Shown: positions 30,546 to 41,946 of the stretch, one piece after another
Layout of the letters: each line of letters starts with the position of its first letter
Numbering within the stretch: position 1 is the stretch's first letter
Source: Mitosporidium daphniae
Taxonomy: Eukaryota
Direction of reading: 5' to 3'
Length of the DNA: 64,000 nt
NCBI RefSeq assembly: GCF_000760515.2
Contig: NW_013546689.1
Location: 1-64,000 of the forward strand
The notes under the pieces: generated by a model
Database searches by the model: none
What the model was told of the DNA's origin: nothing
The model's input: only the letters and a program-made list of their open reading frames with translations
Made by a program: the position numbers and the translations under genes

Positions 30546-31048
30546 TTCCCGGCAGTAAAGAAGGCAATAAACAATAAATTTACATTGAGCTCATATTTCA
30601 TGCATGATGACCAATTAAGTTTCGGAAAGAAATAGCCATTGGTAAGCGCAAAACCCAATTAAGCGAGGGCACAAAAGAAATTGGAATTTGCATTTAAACT
30701 TAAAGTGATTCGCCGTTTGGTCAAATATTGAAGTGTAAAGAATTGCAAACAAAAGCATCATCCAGCAGGCACATGCAAACCCAAATGGCGACCAATAAAT
30801 ACATCACTACGTGGAATTGAAGTTAAATATAAATACTTTCGGCGCGCTTGTAAAACACCGTTACCAAATTTGGTGTAAACCGTGCAAACAAATTGTCCCT
30901 AAATTAGGGTCAAAAATTCTTTCCTGCACTGACAGCAATAAATTATTGCCATTTGGAATGTTTAATTTGCCGACTTGACGAATATGCTTCAATAAGCATT
31001 CAAAATGATCGATTTGACTATTTTGACCAAAAGTGCATTTAAATTTCA

Positions 31049-32128
31049 ATGAGCACTGATTCTGTCCATCCCAAGCCCAGGCCAAAGAATCCGTTTAACA
31101 CTGATGGGACGATAAGTTTCAGTCGTCATTCTACAAATGACTCAATTGCCATTGTAATGCTCAATATTCCAAGCACTTTAAATGCACTCTCAAGAGAGTA
31201 AGCCATGATTCGGGTTTTCCCTAGGGCCTTTGTGGAAATATCTCGATGCTTCACGCTCATAAATGAAGACAAGTCAATCCACTCTGTTGTTCTATCATCG
31301 TCCACACCAGGGGTTTTCTGCAGCGGAATTGACTGTAAGTGTTGTTTTTGTACAACTATTGATCTAGTCCAATATCTCAAGTCTCTTCTTGTTGAGCTCA
31401 ATTCGCCAAATATGGATGGAGGTACTTTGGTTGACCATTGATTTACATAGCAAAAAAGGCAAAAAGGCTCTACCAAGAAATCCAGGTAGCTTTAAAGCCA
31501 AGTGGCTCATGATAGTTCATGCAAGATTCCCTGAACACAATTTACGAATGCAAGAAGCCTATCATTGCTTTAATTGATGGGATTTGCTACGGCGCCGGTA
31601 TAAGTTTTTTGGCGAAATAACCTTTAGGCGTCGATCTCATCTGTTGTGCGGATATGAGATTATCCACTAAAGGTGCCAAATTCTCGGTCAAGGTAATCAT
31701 CGAAAATGCATTTTTAGGAAGTAGATCTTGGCCTCGCGGCAGACCTTGGCACTTTACAGAGACTTCCAAAATGTGTATCAAGCTCCGGAATTGCTCTGGA
31801 ATTGTGTCTTACCGGAAGGACATGGGGTGCAAGTGAGGCCAAAGCTTTTGGATTCATTCAGGGGGATCTATTTGATAGCTACGCGCAATTAAAAGGTTCC
31901 ATATCATCGGCATTAAGTGTCTTAGAGGCCGGGGAAAATTTGGCCGGTATTTTGGCATCCAAAAGCCAAACTGCAGTTGAAAATACAAAAAGGTCCATTC
32001 TTGACTCGTATGAGCATCCCTCAATCAAACAGGGCTTGCAGAAAATTGCACTGGTCAATTCGTCTGCTCTTCAATCGGAAGAGCTTCCTAGAAATGTTTC
32101 CAACTTTCTTTCAAAATCAAAGTTATAG
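31049..32128 (+). CDS. ECH1: Delta(3,5)-Delta(2,4)-dienoyl-CoA isomerase (crotonase family) with PTS1
   Basis: Motifs LNAL, FCSGID, KKPIIALIDGICYGAGVDLI, EVDLGLAADLGTLQRLPK, ELCLTGR. Ends in -SKL. Several short introns. Confidence 0.85.
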
Positions 32129-32463
32129 CTAAAGATCAATACTTCAGCCCCACAGTTAGTCCTGGTCGTAATTGCATCATGCCAAAGTATTCTTCGAATG
32201 CTTCTGCTGTGAATGCACCCCCAAACAAAAATCATCGCCAAAATATCTAAAATACAATTTGCAACCCTATATTTGTTCGTAGCGTCAAAGCATTATATGC
32301 ATTCATGATCCCAAAGCAGGCTCTGATTTATGGAGACCGTGGTTGGTTCAAAAGTTATTACCCATCCATACTTACATGGAAGCTGCTTGCCAACTTTTAC
32401 ATGGCCACAATTAATACCTCTTTTAAAAAAGTTTATTTGCTCTCATCCATTGGATACCACGAT

Positions 32464-34260
32464 TTACTTAAGAAGAATCTGGTAAAATGTGACAACTTTT
32501 TTCAGTTTTAAGAGTGATTTTTTCAATAGATTATAAATAGAGTCGCTAACGATTATTCCAAGCCCAATACTAAATGCAGATACGATTGACGACATAAACG
32601 GAGGATACTTTGTCTTGGCGAAATCTTTTTTTTCAGGGTGCTCGTAATCGCCAACAACCATGTCTTCAATAATTCCAAACGTTTCCTTGACAAAATTGCC
32701 CCCAGGGACGAGAGGAAGGATTCCATTATAAACGTAAACAAGATAAGAGCTCTTTGTATATTCGCTAATTATCATAGACAAGATGCAAACTGAGAAAGAG
32801 GCAAGGAAATCGCAAAGCATGCTTGGCATTCCCAACTCGATGCAACCAAATAAGACAAAGTTGCAAACTACCATAGGAATAAAAGAAAGGAGAATTTGCA
32901 TACGTGATCCTTCCATTAGAAGGGTCGCCCCAACTGTCAAAAAGGAAGAAGAAAATAGTGCAATCGTAGTAGGGGAAAATTGCTCGGTACTATTAGCACG
33001 AATAGAGAGGTGCACATAATGCCCGTTAAAGATTAATCGACCAATATATATTGAGACACCGAATCCAAGCGCCATGAGAATACCCTCTGACATTCCTTTG
33101 ATGAGCATCGAAACTCCGATAATCCCCCCGCTGGACTTGAAATAAAATGTTTCTACTACCCCCATCGTTATCGAGAAACCAGGAAGGTTCCAAAGGGTAG
33201 CTCCCAAAACGATTGGCCAAAATGAGATTTCACTATCATAATAGCAGAAAAGGAAGGTCAAAAACCCACATATAATAGAACTTATAAAAACTTGAGTGCG
33301 GTTAAAAAGTATTGAGATCTCGGTAAAATAAAGTAGTATAGCAGCAATGATTCCAACTATAGAGCCGTAACACTGGTCTTTCAGAGAACCAGAAAAACAC
33401 ATAGGTCCAGAAACAGCAGCAAATACAGCAGCTATAAAGTGAATCCCAAGTATATTATTTTTCGTGGCCGAACAGAAAGGAATTCCTTTTAAAATAGAAG
33501 AATCCGGTTCATGTTTCATTTTTTCATATTCTTTTTTCAAGTTATCAAGCCTTGAAATGATACGTGAATCAACCTTAATTTTATCAATGTCCTTATCGGA
33601 GTTAAAATTCTTATCTTTATCTTCTGATTTCTCCAAATTAGCATCAACTTTAAAACGAGAGTCTTCGATAGTTATAAAGACATCAGGAGAATTTCCATTG
33701 TTAGCTTGTGTACTGGAAGTTGCCATAGTTTTATCAACCTGAGGAGCTAGCGAAACACCGGCTACCTCAGAACCCTCAGGAGGTCCAAAAGCTCCTGTCG
33801 TCTCAACATTATGATTGGCCTCAACGTGTTCAGAATCATCAGCATCGTCAGAACACTGAATATGCCCAGAATGTGCAAAAGGTTTGGTCGTTTGTTTTTC
33901 ATCATACCCACCACTAAGTTCTTTTGCTGAAAATCGGCTCGAAGAAATTTCACTAGCTTTTGGGTCATCCAAAGGCCCTTTAAGGAGACGAGTAAGCCTC
34001 TCCATTTTTTTCATATTGTATCCTGATTTAAAAGCCCTAGAGCTTGATATATCTTTTTGATTTAAATCATTTACGGATACAGATATAGCAACATGAGTTG
34101 GCAAGATCGACAACATAAGGAAGTCTTTACCAACTATGTTTTGGATAAGAGTAACGATGTAGAAGGTGGCTAAACCAGATTGCATCATGTCTGCAACAAC
34201 CATAGCCAAAAAAGCCAGCTTCTGCTGCAATAGCGACTCTTCGATCAAAATCAAATTCAT
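32464..34260 (-). CDS. ThrE/Prm10-like multi-pass membrane protein
   Basis: About 10 hydrophobic helices with LPGFSIT and LPLVPGG duplicated motifs. Start codon uncertain. Confidence 0.65.
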   Translation of the reverse strand: MNLILIEESLLQQKLAFLAMVVADMMQSGLATFYIVTLIQNIVGKDFLMLSILPTHVAISVSVNDLNQKDISSSRAFKSGYNMKKMERLTRLLKGPLDDPKASEISSSRFSAKELSGGYDEKQTTKPFAHSGHIQCSDDADDSEHVEANHNVETTGAFGPPEGSEVAGVSLAPQVDKTMATSSTQANNGNSPDVFITIEDSRFKVDANLEKSEDKDKNFNSDKDIDKIKVDSRIISRLDNLKKEYEKMKHEPDSSILKGIPFCSATKNNILGIHFIAAVFAAVSGPMCFSGSLKDQCYGSIVGIIAAILLYFTEISILFNRTQVFISSIICGFLTFLFCYYDSEISFWPIVLGATLWNLPGFSITMGVVETFYFKSSGGIIGVSMLIKGMSEGILMALGFGVSIYIGRLIFNGHYVHLSIRANSTEQFSPTTIALFSSSFLTVGATLLMEGSRMQILLSFIPMVVCNFVLFGCIELGMPSMLCDFLASFSVCILSMIISEYTKSSYLVYVYNGILPLVPGGNFVKETFGIIEDMVVGDYEHPEKKDFAKTKYPPFMSSIVSAFSIGLGIIVSDSIYNLLKKSLLKLKKVVTFYQILLK

Positions 34261-34498
34261 AAAAAATCAAAACAAGCATCCGTCTTTTATAGACATAATG
34301 ATTCAATCGATACGTCGTCAATATTCATTCTGAGTATTTGGACCAATCATAAATACTAATTGTTGTGTTTAATTGAAATGACCAAACTATGACTCATAAT
34401 CATGAGTTTAGGAGCCCCGTAAATTATGAAGTTGATTACTTTAAATTTTATTTCTGACGATTAAATTATGCTCGACCAAAGGAGCCAATCAATGGCCA

Positions 34499-35653
34499 CT
34501 AAAAATCCGATACTTGATTTTTTGCTGCGAAATACAAAAAAAGCGAGATTGTCCAATGATACAATGCGCGGCCATCTAAATTGTCTATAGAGTCTTCCAA
34601 AGTATGCCAGTGCTTTGGGAAGGGAGCAGGAACGAGAAGCAGAATTGGGATTCCCAGCTTTTTAAAAGGCAGATGATCATCTTCTACGACTAGGGTGTCT
34701 ACAAGCCTTTGGGACATTAGCTGGGGTTTTCTTTTTTGCTGTTGAGAATATTGTTGCTCCAGAGGGGGCAGGTATGCCTCGACTTGCTTTGCAATTTTAA
34801 AGAGTTCAAGAAACTCCTTGTGTGTATTTTTAAAGAAAGATGCAACTTGCACATCATCCCTGGCTCCTAGCAAGTCTAGAAGGATGAATAGTGAAATTGA
34901 ATCGACATTAAAAGCTTTGGTCTTCTGATCACTATCACTAGATTCGTATTCGATCAGGTGCAGATCGGATAGCTTCACCTCATCTTTCCTTTTAGAAAAT
35001 ACCTTCGCAAGATGTTTTGAGCCATATAATGAATCTTTGTCGGTCCAGCTCTTAAATGCCTCTTCGCCGTCGAAAAAAATAAACATAACCCCCAATTGCG
35101 TCGTGGTAATCCTGTAGCTTGATAACAATTGAGCCAAGGCGAGTAAAATGCTACAGGATGCTGCAGCATCTGAAGCTCCAGAGAACTTTTCTCGATCAAC
35201 ATTTTTTGAAGTTCGTTTAGAATCAAAATGTGCAGCTAGGATTATAAATGAGGTCGCTTTTAAATTGTCAATGGCGATGATGTTTGTAAAACTTTTGACA
35301 CCAAGTACAGTGTCTGATTGAAACTTATCATGAAACACGCTCATATGGAACTGCTTCAATTTCTTTGAAATAATCTCAATAACTCTCCGATGTTGCTTCG
35401 ACCCAACTGGTCGAGGAAGAGCAAGCTCGTGTATCAGAGAATACGGGACATTTAGATCCAAAATACCCCCTATGTCTTGAATAATTGTTCGACTATACTC
35501 TTTTAAGAGCACATCAGAGGGGATGGAGATGCTGGCATTTAGCTTTTTTCCCGTGTAAACTTGATAAAAATAATACGTCAAAACTGAAAGAAAAGCGAGA
35601 AGTAAAGAAATTGAGACACAAAGTTTGATGCTTTGTCTCTTTATCGGTTCCAT
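34499..35653 (-). CDS. QPCT: Glutaminyl-peptide cyclotransferase (M28), N-terminally anchored
   Basis: Motifs PRPVGS, LAAHFDSK, GASDAA, FFDGEEAF..W...DSLYGSKHLA, LLDLLG, EDDHLPF, PFPKHWHT. Confidence 0.9.
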   Translation of the reverse strand: MEPIKRQSIKLCVSISLLLAFLSVLTYYFYQVYTGKKLNASISIPSDVLLKEYSRTIIQDIGGILDLNVPYSLIHELALPRPVGSKQHRRVIEIISKKLKQFHMSVFHDKFQSDTVLGVKSFTNIIAIDNLKATSFIILAAHFDSKRTSKNVDREKFSGASDAAASCSILLALAQLLSSYRITTTQLGVMFIFFDGEEAFKSWTDKDSLYGSKHLAKVFSKRKDEVKLSDLHLIEYESSDSDQKTKAFNVDSISLFILLDLLGARDDVQVASFFKNTHKEFLELFKIAKQVEAYLPPLEQQYSQQQKRKPQLMSQRLVDTLVVEDDHLPFKKLGIPILLLVPAPFPKHWHTLEDSIDNLDGRALYHWTISLFLYFAAKNQVSDF

Positions 35654-36327
35654 TCGCAAAAATATTACTCAAGATGACGGCATTATAAGATTTAAACAGA
35701 CCTACATTTTAGGGTTTGGTTTTAAAATTCCAAATTCAAGACACCGTGTAATTAGATTACACGGATTTACGAATTGCTGAGGTTACTTAATTAGCGCTTA
35801 AAAGTGCTGTAAAGTTTATCAATTTACAAATAGGGGTTTCAATCCCCGTTTGATGCCCGCCATTTTCGCTATACATCTCGAGTCCGCTTTAGAAATAGGC
35901 TAGGGAAGGGGGGGGAGGTCTAGTGGGCTGAAGTTGATTACCTGACCAAAGCAGATGCTAAACTTTGCATTTGAGATTAAATTTTAACTTTTTTAAAGTA
36001 GGAAATATTTGCGAAGAGATCCAAGCAGATCTACATTGGTTTTTAGCCAAGTGATCACTGTACGAAACTCAACCCGTCTTTCCAAAGCAGTTATTATGCA
36101 TACTGGATTCAATAGGTTTTTAAAACATATAATGAAATCCTTGTTAACTAATAATACATTTTCTGTAAAGTTTATGATTATGATTGAGCGAGATACCGAA
36201 TTTTAGCGTTGTAGCAATTGCAGCTACGTATGGATTTGAAAATGACGACGAAAATACGGAATCGATAAAATTTGAATTTTAAAGTTGAACATATGCAATT
36301 TCAGTAAATTTTAAATTTTAGACAAGA

Positions 36328-36562
36328 ATGGTTTGGTTACCCTTTACTTCACGATACCCCAAGTACCCTCCTGTTAGCTTTAGAGCCGAAGTTCCTTTTC
36401 TGATTGGGGCACTAGTTTACTTTGGGATTATTTTCAAAATTCACAATACTCATATGAAACGTACTTTTTTTAACTCATTTGGTAGAGAAAGAGCTTGAAA
36501 AGCAACTTGCCCCAACTCAAAATAGAGATCAATCGGCAGCTGGTATTGGCCACCGCCATTGA
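36328..36562 (+). CDS. 69-aa single-TM protein, probable ATP synthase subunit i/j (Atp18-like)
   Basis: Intron 36461-36485. Product MVWLPFTSRYPKYPPVSFRAEVPFLIGALVYFGIIFKIHNTHMKQKE...RH has a K-[FY]-P...PF-hydrophobic pattern like Atp18 (by-eye similarity only). Confidence 0.5.
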
Positions 36563-36623
36563 AAGTATAGAGAATAAACTCAAAAGCACAATTTATTATC
36601 TTAACAAGTAATTTTATGGGGAG

Positions 36624-38074
36624 TCATGAGGGGTTAACCCCATCTTCTCTGAGCCAAGATCTAATTATAGTGGGGCATCTTTCCAGGCCCTCCATAGCCC
36701 TAACAAGGGTTCTGGGATTTACTGCGAGTGTTAAACCTTCAAATTCGATTGGAGATTTTCCATCAATCACTATAAGACCTTGAGAAATCAAACGTTTTAC
36801 GGCCTATGTCGATGTTAGTATGATACGCGAATACATGCAAAGCCATGCTCCTTGTGCATAGTTCGGCCAGATCTGAAAACGATTGAGAAGAAAAGAGGCG
36901 ATATTCTTCATATAGTCCACCAAATGTAATGGGTGGCAGAACCCCCCTAACCCTAAACAAGATTACAAGTAGCGAAATTTCAGAAATAGCGAGTCCTAAA
37001 CGATAAATGAAAAAAGGAACCTTGAATTACTTGATAATGTTGATCCGCAGTTTGCGATTCAATCACATCTTTCAGTAAGGTGGCCGTGATAAAAGGATCT
37101 GTGACAGAAAGGGAATATATTACGGGGATTAGTTTCTGGAGCATCTGATAAGGAACATCAAAAGCCAAATAATATGCCTTTAAAGCATCTACAAGTTCAG
37201 AGGAATCTGAAAATAAATTTTCAATTCGTTCATTAAATTCGTCAATAAAAGAAGACGGAAGGGAATCGATCGATTGCGGTATGTTAAACGCCTTCGAACA
37301 CAACAAAGAAAACGATCCAAGGGATGAAGAATTTCCCTCACGAAGGAAAATCGATCGAGGATTGAATCTCGACCGAACTCTTTTTTCCAGTAGCTCTGAA
37401 AAATTCTACCAATTTAGAGATGAGAAAACGTACAGAGCGACTAGTGCACCCAATAACTATAATTGGTCGGTTTCTTGACACGTGGACCAGGTCAAAAAGA
37501 CTATACAGAACGGATTGTTTTGGCTGTTTAGCAAACAAGTCAATGTCCTCGACTATAAATACAATTGCAGTAAAAGATAATTTTGTTTCAATTGCTTCGA
37601 CAAGAAGTGAAAAACATTCTGAAAATGTCTTTGGGTTAGAATCATTGCCTAATAAATTCTTAAATATTGGATCAAGTAAGGCCAATTGCTGGACCATGTC
37701 GGCTAGAGCTATTCTATCGTCACCGTCGATCAGGCCAGATAGACGAAGAATGATGTGTCTTCTTTCTTCTGTTTGCCCAAGGCGAGCTAATGCTTTTTGG
37801 GTAGTCTATAGAATAATTTATAAAATATACTTTATAGACATATCCATTTGGAAATGGGCCCGGGTTAATCAAAAGCAACGTTTGGCTTGCTCCATTATCT
37901 ATGCACTCGGATACAAGATAATTAAATTGACTAAGAAATTAGGAATCATGTAAACTTAATGGATCGTTCTGAGGCGATTTCAAAGTCGCTGAATTGATGC
38001 CAAAGAACAGACTTCAAAATAGCAAGTTGGTAGTCTTCAAGCAAAAGTTGCGGCCGAGGCGATGCCGCCACCAT
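36624..38074 (-). CDS. ORC4: Origin recognition complex subunit 4
   Basis: Motifs LRLSGLI..DRIAL, VFIVEDIDLFA...QSVLYSLFD, IGCTSR, LEKRVRSRF. Multi-exon. Confidence 0.88.
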
Positions 38075-38121
38075 AGTGCCAATTTTGATTTTTAAAATAA
38101 ACTTTAAAAAAAAGAAAATTT

Positions 38122-41100
38122 ATGACTGCCGAATTCCACAAACAACATCGTCCGTCCCAAGCGGGACGGAAAAAGGACAAAAAGGCCGGTCCTGGAAAGG
38201 CTGCGGTACGACAAAACCCCAAAGCATTCGCCGTATATAGGGGATCAAAAGCAGCAAAATCTGGACAAAGGACTGCCGACAAGAAAGAGGCAAAATTTCA
38301 TGTCCCGCTCGTAAATAGAACTCCAGATTTAGATCCTCCCCCACTGGTTGTTGCAATTGTTGGTCCTCCTAATGTTGGAAAATCAACACTTATCCGATCG
38401 TTGGTCAAAAGATTTTCTCGCCAAAACCTATCAAAAGTATCAGGACCCATAACTGTAGTGAGCGGAAAGTCACGGCGAATTACGCTTCTGGAGTGCCCAA
38501 ACGACCTCGGCGCAATGATAGATGTTGCAAAGATAGCGGATCTTGTTGTTCTTTTGATTGATGCCTCTTATGGATTTGAAATGGAAACCTTTGAATTTCT
38601 TGCTATTGCCTCTTCGCATGGAATGCCCAAAGTCATTGGTGCCATGACCCATTTGGACACTTTCACATCTCCTGAAGCGTTGAAAAAGTCAAAACATGCA
38701 CTTAAGCACAGATGGTGGTCAGAGACCCACTCTGGGGTCAAATTGTTCTCACTCTCCGGTGTTGTCGGTGGAAACTCCCAAACACCGGGTGACTCCAGAA
38801 CCCCTTTGTATTATCCAAGGGATGTATTAAATCTGTCTCGCCTTCTGGCTGTAGCAAAGCCTCGTCCTATAATTTGGAAAAATACAAATTCATATTTGCT
38901 GATTGACCGGATTGAGGATCTCACACCACCCGATATTCTACGGGAAGCTCCGCACTCTGACAGAAAAGTTGCGCTTTATGGATGGACAAGAGGCTGTACT
39001 CTTCGACCTCCATTGAATATTTCAACCCCTATCTCTGCCCATGTTCCAGGTATTGGTGATTTATCGTTGAATTCTATCACGAGATTGGAAGATCCATGTC
39101 CGACTCCTGAGCGTTTGAAAGCCAGCTTGAAGGCCCCCGTGGAAGCAGACCAGAAACAGTCGAAAAGACCAAGGGCTACTCTCAAAGACCTGGAGCGAAG
39201 ACTTTATGCTCCCATGGCGGACGTGGCTGGAATTCTCTATGATAAAGATGCAGTATACTTGGATATTCCAGACTCCAGAGCCAATATAAACGAAGATGGA
39301 GAATTGACGATTTTGGACGAATTAAAGGGAACATCGTTTCAGTCTCTTGATGATCGTTTAAGAAAATCTGATGTCCAAATGTTTAGCAAAAAGTCACCTA
39401 CGTTTATGGTGGAGAATGAGGAATCAGACTATGATACATATGGTGGAGAAGAGGATATTCTAAATGAATCGGATGATGCTTACAGCACCGATATTAATGC
39501 AGTCGATGAATATGGCAGTGCTGATGAAGCCAATGACATGCTTGACGCATCTTGCTCCGAAGAAGATTCAGATATCGAGCAGTTCTACAACAATGACGAG
39601 AGCGGCGATCCAATCGACCTGTTCACCAAATTCGAAGCTCAAGATGATCATTTGTGCCTGAAAGATGAGGACAACCCTGCTTTCCTCGATTCAAAATGGA
39701 AAGAAGCACTCGCCTCCAGAAGAAAAGCAATGCCCCCAGCGAGATCTTCCATACAAGCACAGGTTTATGGCGACTATATCTCCTCAAAAAGTGAATTTAA
39801 TTCTGCTCGTGCAAATAGAGCTATCAAAAGCGGCTCTAAACGCCTTTTTTCTGATTCCGAAGAATCTGACCTTGAAAACGTTGCTACTGATGTCGAAAGC
39901 GAGGCGAACGACGGATTTTTCACGCTAAACAAATCTGCCAATTCTCCCTCCAATGACCAGGAAATTAACCCCAATGACATCACGGATGCATCTGATTTAC
40001 AAGCATTGGATGTTCTTAAACGAACTAGATTCGTTTCCGGCGCGATGAACGGCTCGCAAGGTTTCTCGGAGAGCGAGGATTTCGAGGACCTTGAAAAGGG
40101 TTTGGCGGGCGGCCTTTCTGACGGCGATGATGAAGATGCCAAAGACGAACTATCTAAAAAGAAAACTGACATCAAAAAGCGATTTGACATCGAGTATGAT
40201 ACAGGAAAAAGAACCCTGACGTCCAAAGAAATGAAGATTGCAGAAGATGACGACATGTTTGCTGCTGCAAAAAGATCAATGGCGGCGCAAGAAGCCCTAA
40301 ATCGGGCTGCGTTTGAGGACGAATCGGTTGACGTGTCCGATCAAATTCGAGGATTTCTTCCCGGAACATATGTCAGGATAATCCTTGAAAAGGCCCCAGC
40401 TGAATTGATCGAATATTTCGACCCTTCCTTTCCCATCATAGTGGGAGTGGTTCCGTTTGGGTCTGAAAATGCCAAATTTGGAACAATTCACGCCAGAGTT
40501 AAAAAGCATCGCTGGCATGAGACGATCCTGAAGAGCGACGAGCCACTTATATGGAGCGCTGGATGGCGCAGATTTCAATCGATCCCTTTATTTTATACGC
40601 ACGACCGAGGTGCTCGCGTGGATTCTGGAGCTTCCAGAAGACGCATGATCAAGTACACCCCTCGTCATTCGCATTGCATGGCTGCTTTCTATGGACCTTT
40701 ACTTCCAAATAACACTGGCATTGTGGCATGTCGTTCTGTCAAGTCTACATGTTCTGGCTGGAGATTGGCGCTTACCGGCATTTCTCTTGAATCTTCCTCC
40801 AGCGCAGATGGAGATGACCAGCAAAAGTCGGGTCTGGTCAAAAAACTCAAACTTACCGGGACCCCCTTGAAGATTGCTAAGCATACTGCTTTGATCAAAG
40901 ACATGTTCAACTCCGCTCTCGAGGTCGCCAAGTTTGAAGGTGCTGCATTGCGAACGGTGTCTGGAATCAGAGGCTCCATTAAAAAGGCCGTTCATGAGGG
41001 CCCTGCTGGCACCTTTCGCGCTACTTTTGAAGATAAGCTCCTGATGTCTGACATTGTCTTTTTGCGGGCATGGACGCAAATATCGCCTCGATCTTACTAC

Positions 41101-41586
41101 AATCCAATCACATCCCTACTATTAAGAAACAAATCGGATTGGGTCGGAATGCGCTTGAATTGGGAAATTAGACGCGCGCTCGATGCACCAAAGCCGGCAT
41201 CCCAAAAGCCATCTTCAGTCTATGACACCAGATCTACAGAGGAGGACAGGACTCAGCATCGACGATTCAATCCGCTTCATATTCCTAAGAAGCTCGAGGA
41301 ATCTCTTCCATTTGCCTCCAAGCCCAAAATGCAGACGGCCTCGGCAAAAACGAATAAGAAACAGCCCATTAACCAAGCCCTGGCTGTGATTCGTGACGAA
41401 AAAGAGAAGAAAGTTGCATCTCTCATCCAGGAACTCGGGACGCTTAAACATGCAAGGGACGAGAAAAGAAAATTAGAGGAGCAGAAAAAACGTAAATTAT
41501 TGCAAGAAAAGCAAAACAAAAAAATGTCCAAAGAGGAAACTAAAAAACCAAGCTGGATCTCTAAAAAGAACAAGTCTTCCCGCTAA
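38122..41586 (+). CDS. BMS1: Ribosome biogenesis GTPase Bms1
   Basis: Motifs NPKAFA, HVPLVNR, GPPNVGKSTLIRSL, GFEMETFEFL, GWRRFQS, KFEGAALRTVSGIRG. Intronless. Confidence 0.97.
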   Translation: MTAEFHKQHRPSQAGRKKDKKAGPGKAAVRQNPKAFAVYRGSKAAKSGQRTADKKEAKFHVPLVNRTPDLDPPPLVVAIVGPPNVGKSTLIRSLVKRFSRQNLSKVSGPITVVSGKSRRITLLECPNDLGAMIDVAKIADLVVLLIDASYGFEMETFEFLAIASSHGMPKVIGAMTHLDTFTSPEALKKSKHALKHRWWSETHSGVKLFSLSGVVGGNSQTPGDSRTPLYYPRDVLNLSRLLAVAKPRPIIWKNTNSYLLIDRIEDLTPPDILREAPHSDRKVALYGWTRGCTLRPPLNISTPISAHVPGIGDLSLNSITRLEDPCPTPERLKASLKAPVEADQKQSKRPRATLKDLERRLYAPMADVAGILYDKDAVYLDIPDSRANINEDGELTILDELKGTSFQSLDDRLRKSDVQMFSKKSPTFMVENEESDYDTYGGEEDILNESDDAYSTDINAVDEYGSADEANDMLDASCSEEDSDIEQFYNNDESGDPIDLFTKFEAQDDHLCLKDEDNPAFLDSKWKEALASRRKAMPPARSSIQAQVYGDYISSKSEFNSARANRAIKSGSKRLFSDSEESDLENVATDVESEANDGFFTLNKSANSPSNDQEINPNDITDASDLQALDVLKRTRFVSGAMNGSQGFSESEDFEDLEKGLAGGLSDGDDEDAKDELSKKKTDIKKRFDIEYDTGKRTLTSKEMKIAEDDDMFAAAKRSMAAQEALNRAAFEDESVDVSDQIRGFLPGTYVRIILEKAPAELIEYFDPSFPIIVGVVPFGSENAKFGTIHARVKKHRWHETILKSDEPLIWSAGWRRFQSIPLFYTHDRGARVDSGASRRRMIKYTPRHSHCMAAFYGPLLPNNTGIVACRSVKSTCSGWRLALTGISLESSSSADGDDQQKSGLVKKLKLTGTPLKIAKHTALIKDMFNSALEVAKFEGAALRTVSGIRGSIKKAVHEGPAGTFRATFEDKLLMSDIVFLRAWTQISPRSYYNPITSLLLRNKSDWVGMRLNWEIRRALDAPKPASQKPSSVYDTRSTEEDRTQHRRFNPLHIPKKLEESLPFASKPKMQTASAKTNKKQPINQALAVIRDEKEKKVASLIQELGTLKHARDEKRKLEEQKKRKLLQEKQNKKMSKEETKKPSWISKKNKSSR

Positions 41587-41604
41587 TTTTAATTTAAAAT
41601 AAAT

Positions 41605-41930
41605 AGTTTTTTGTCATCGGCCAATAAAAAGTGGAGTCCCCTTGCCAGATTAAAAAGGAGCCTCAGTGTGAGGTCTGTAATTCAGAACCCTATAAATACA
41701 AGTGCCCTGCGTGTCTCTTTAAAACATGCTCGCTTGCATGTACGACCACTCACAAGAGCGAGCACAACTGCAGCGGAAAGAGGGATACTGCTAAATTTAT
41801 TGGTCCTCAACAGTATTCGGTGACAACCTTTAATGAGGACTATGCCTTTTTAGAACACACTCGGAAAGAACTAGGTGTCATCTCCAGGCTACCTATAAAA
41901 ACCAAAAAAAAAAGGAACAATAAAATTTAA
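41605..41930 (+). CDS. zf-HIT protein, Bcd1/ZNHIT6-like (short form)
   Basis: CEVC....KYKCPAC..KTCSLAC...HK...NCSGKRD...DY.FLE. An ATG forms only by removing intron 41606-41631. Confidence 0.75.
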
Positions 41931-41946
41931 TTTTGACACACGCAAA

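Noticed and set aside
37795..37880. Degenerate Walker A in ORC4 (GYVYKT) as a novelty
   Set aside because: Deviant Walker A motifs are already known in fungal Orc4.
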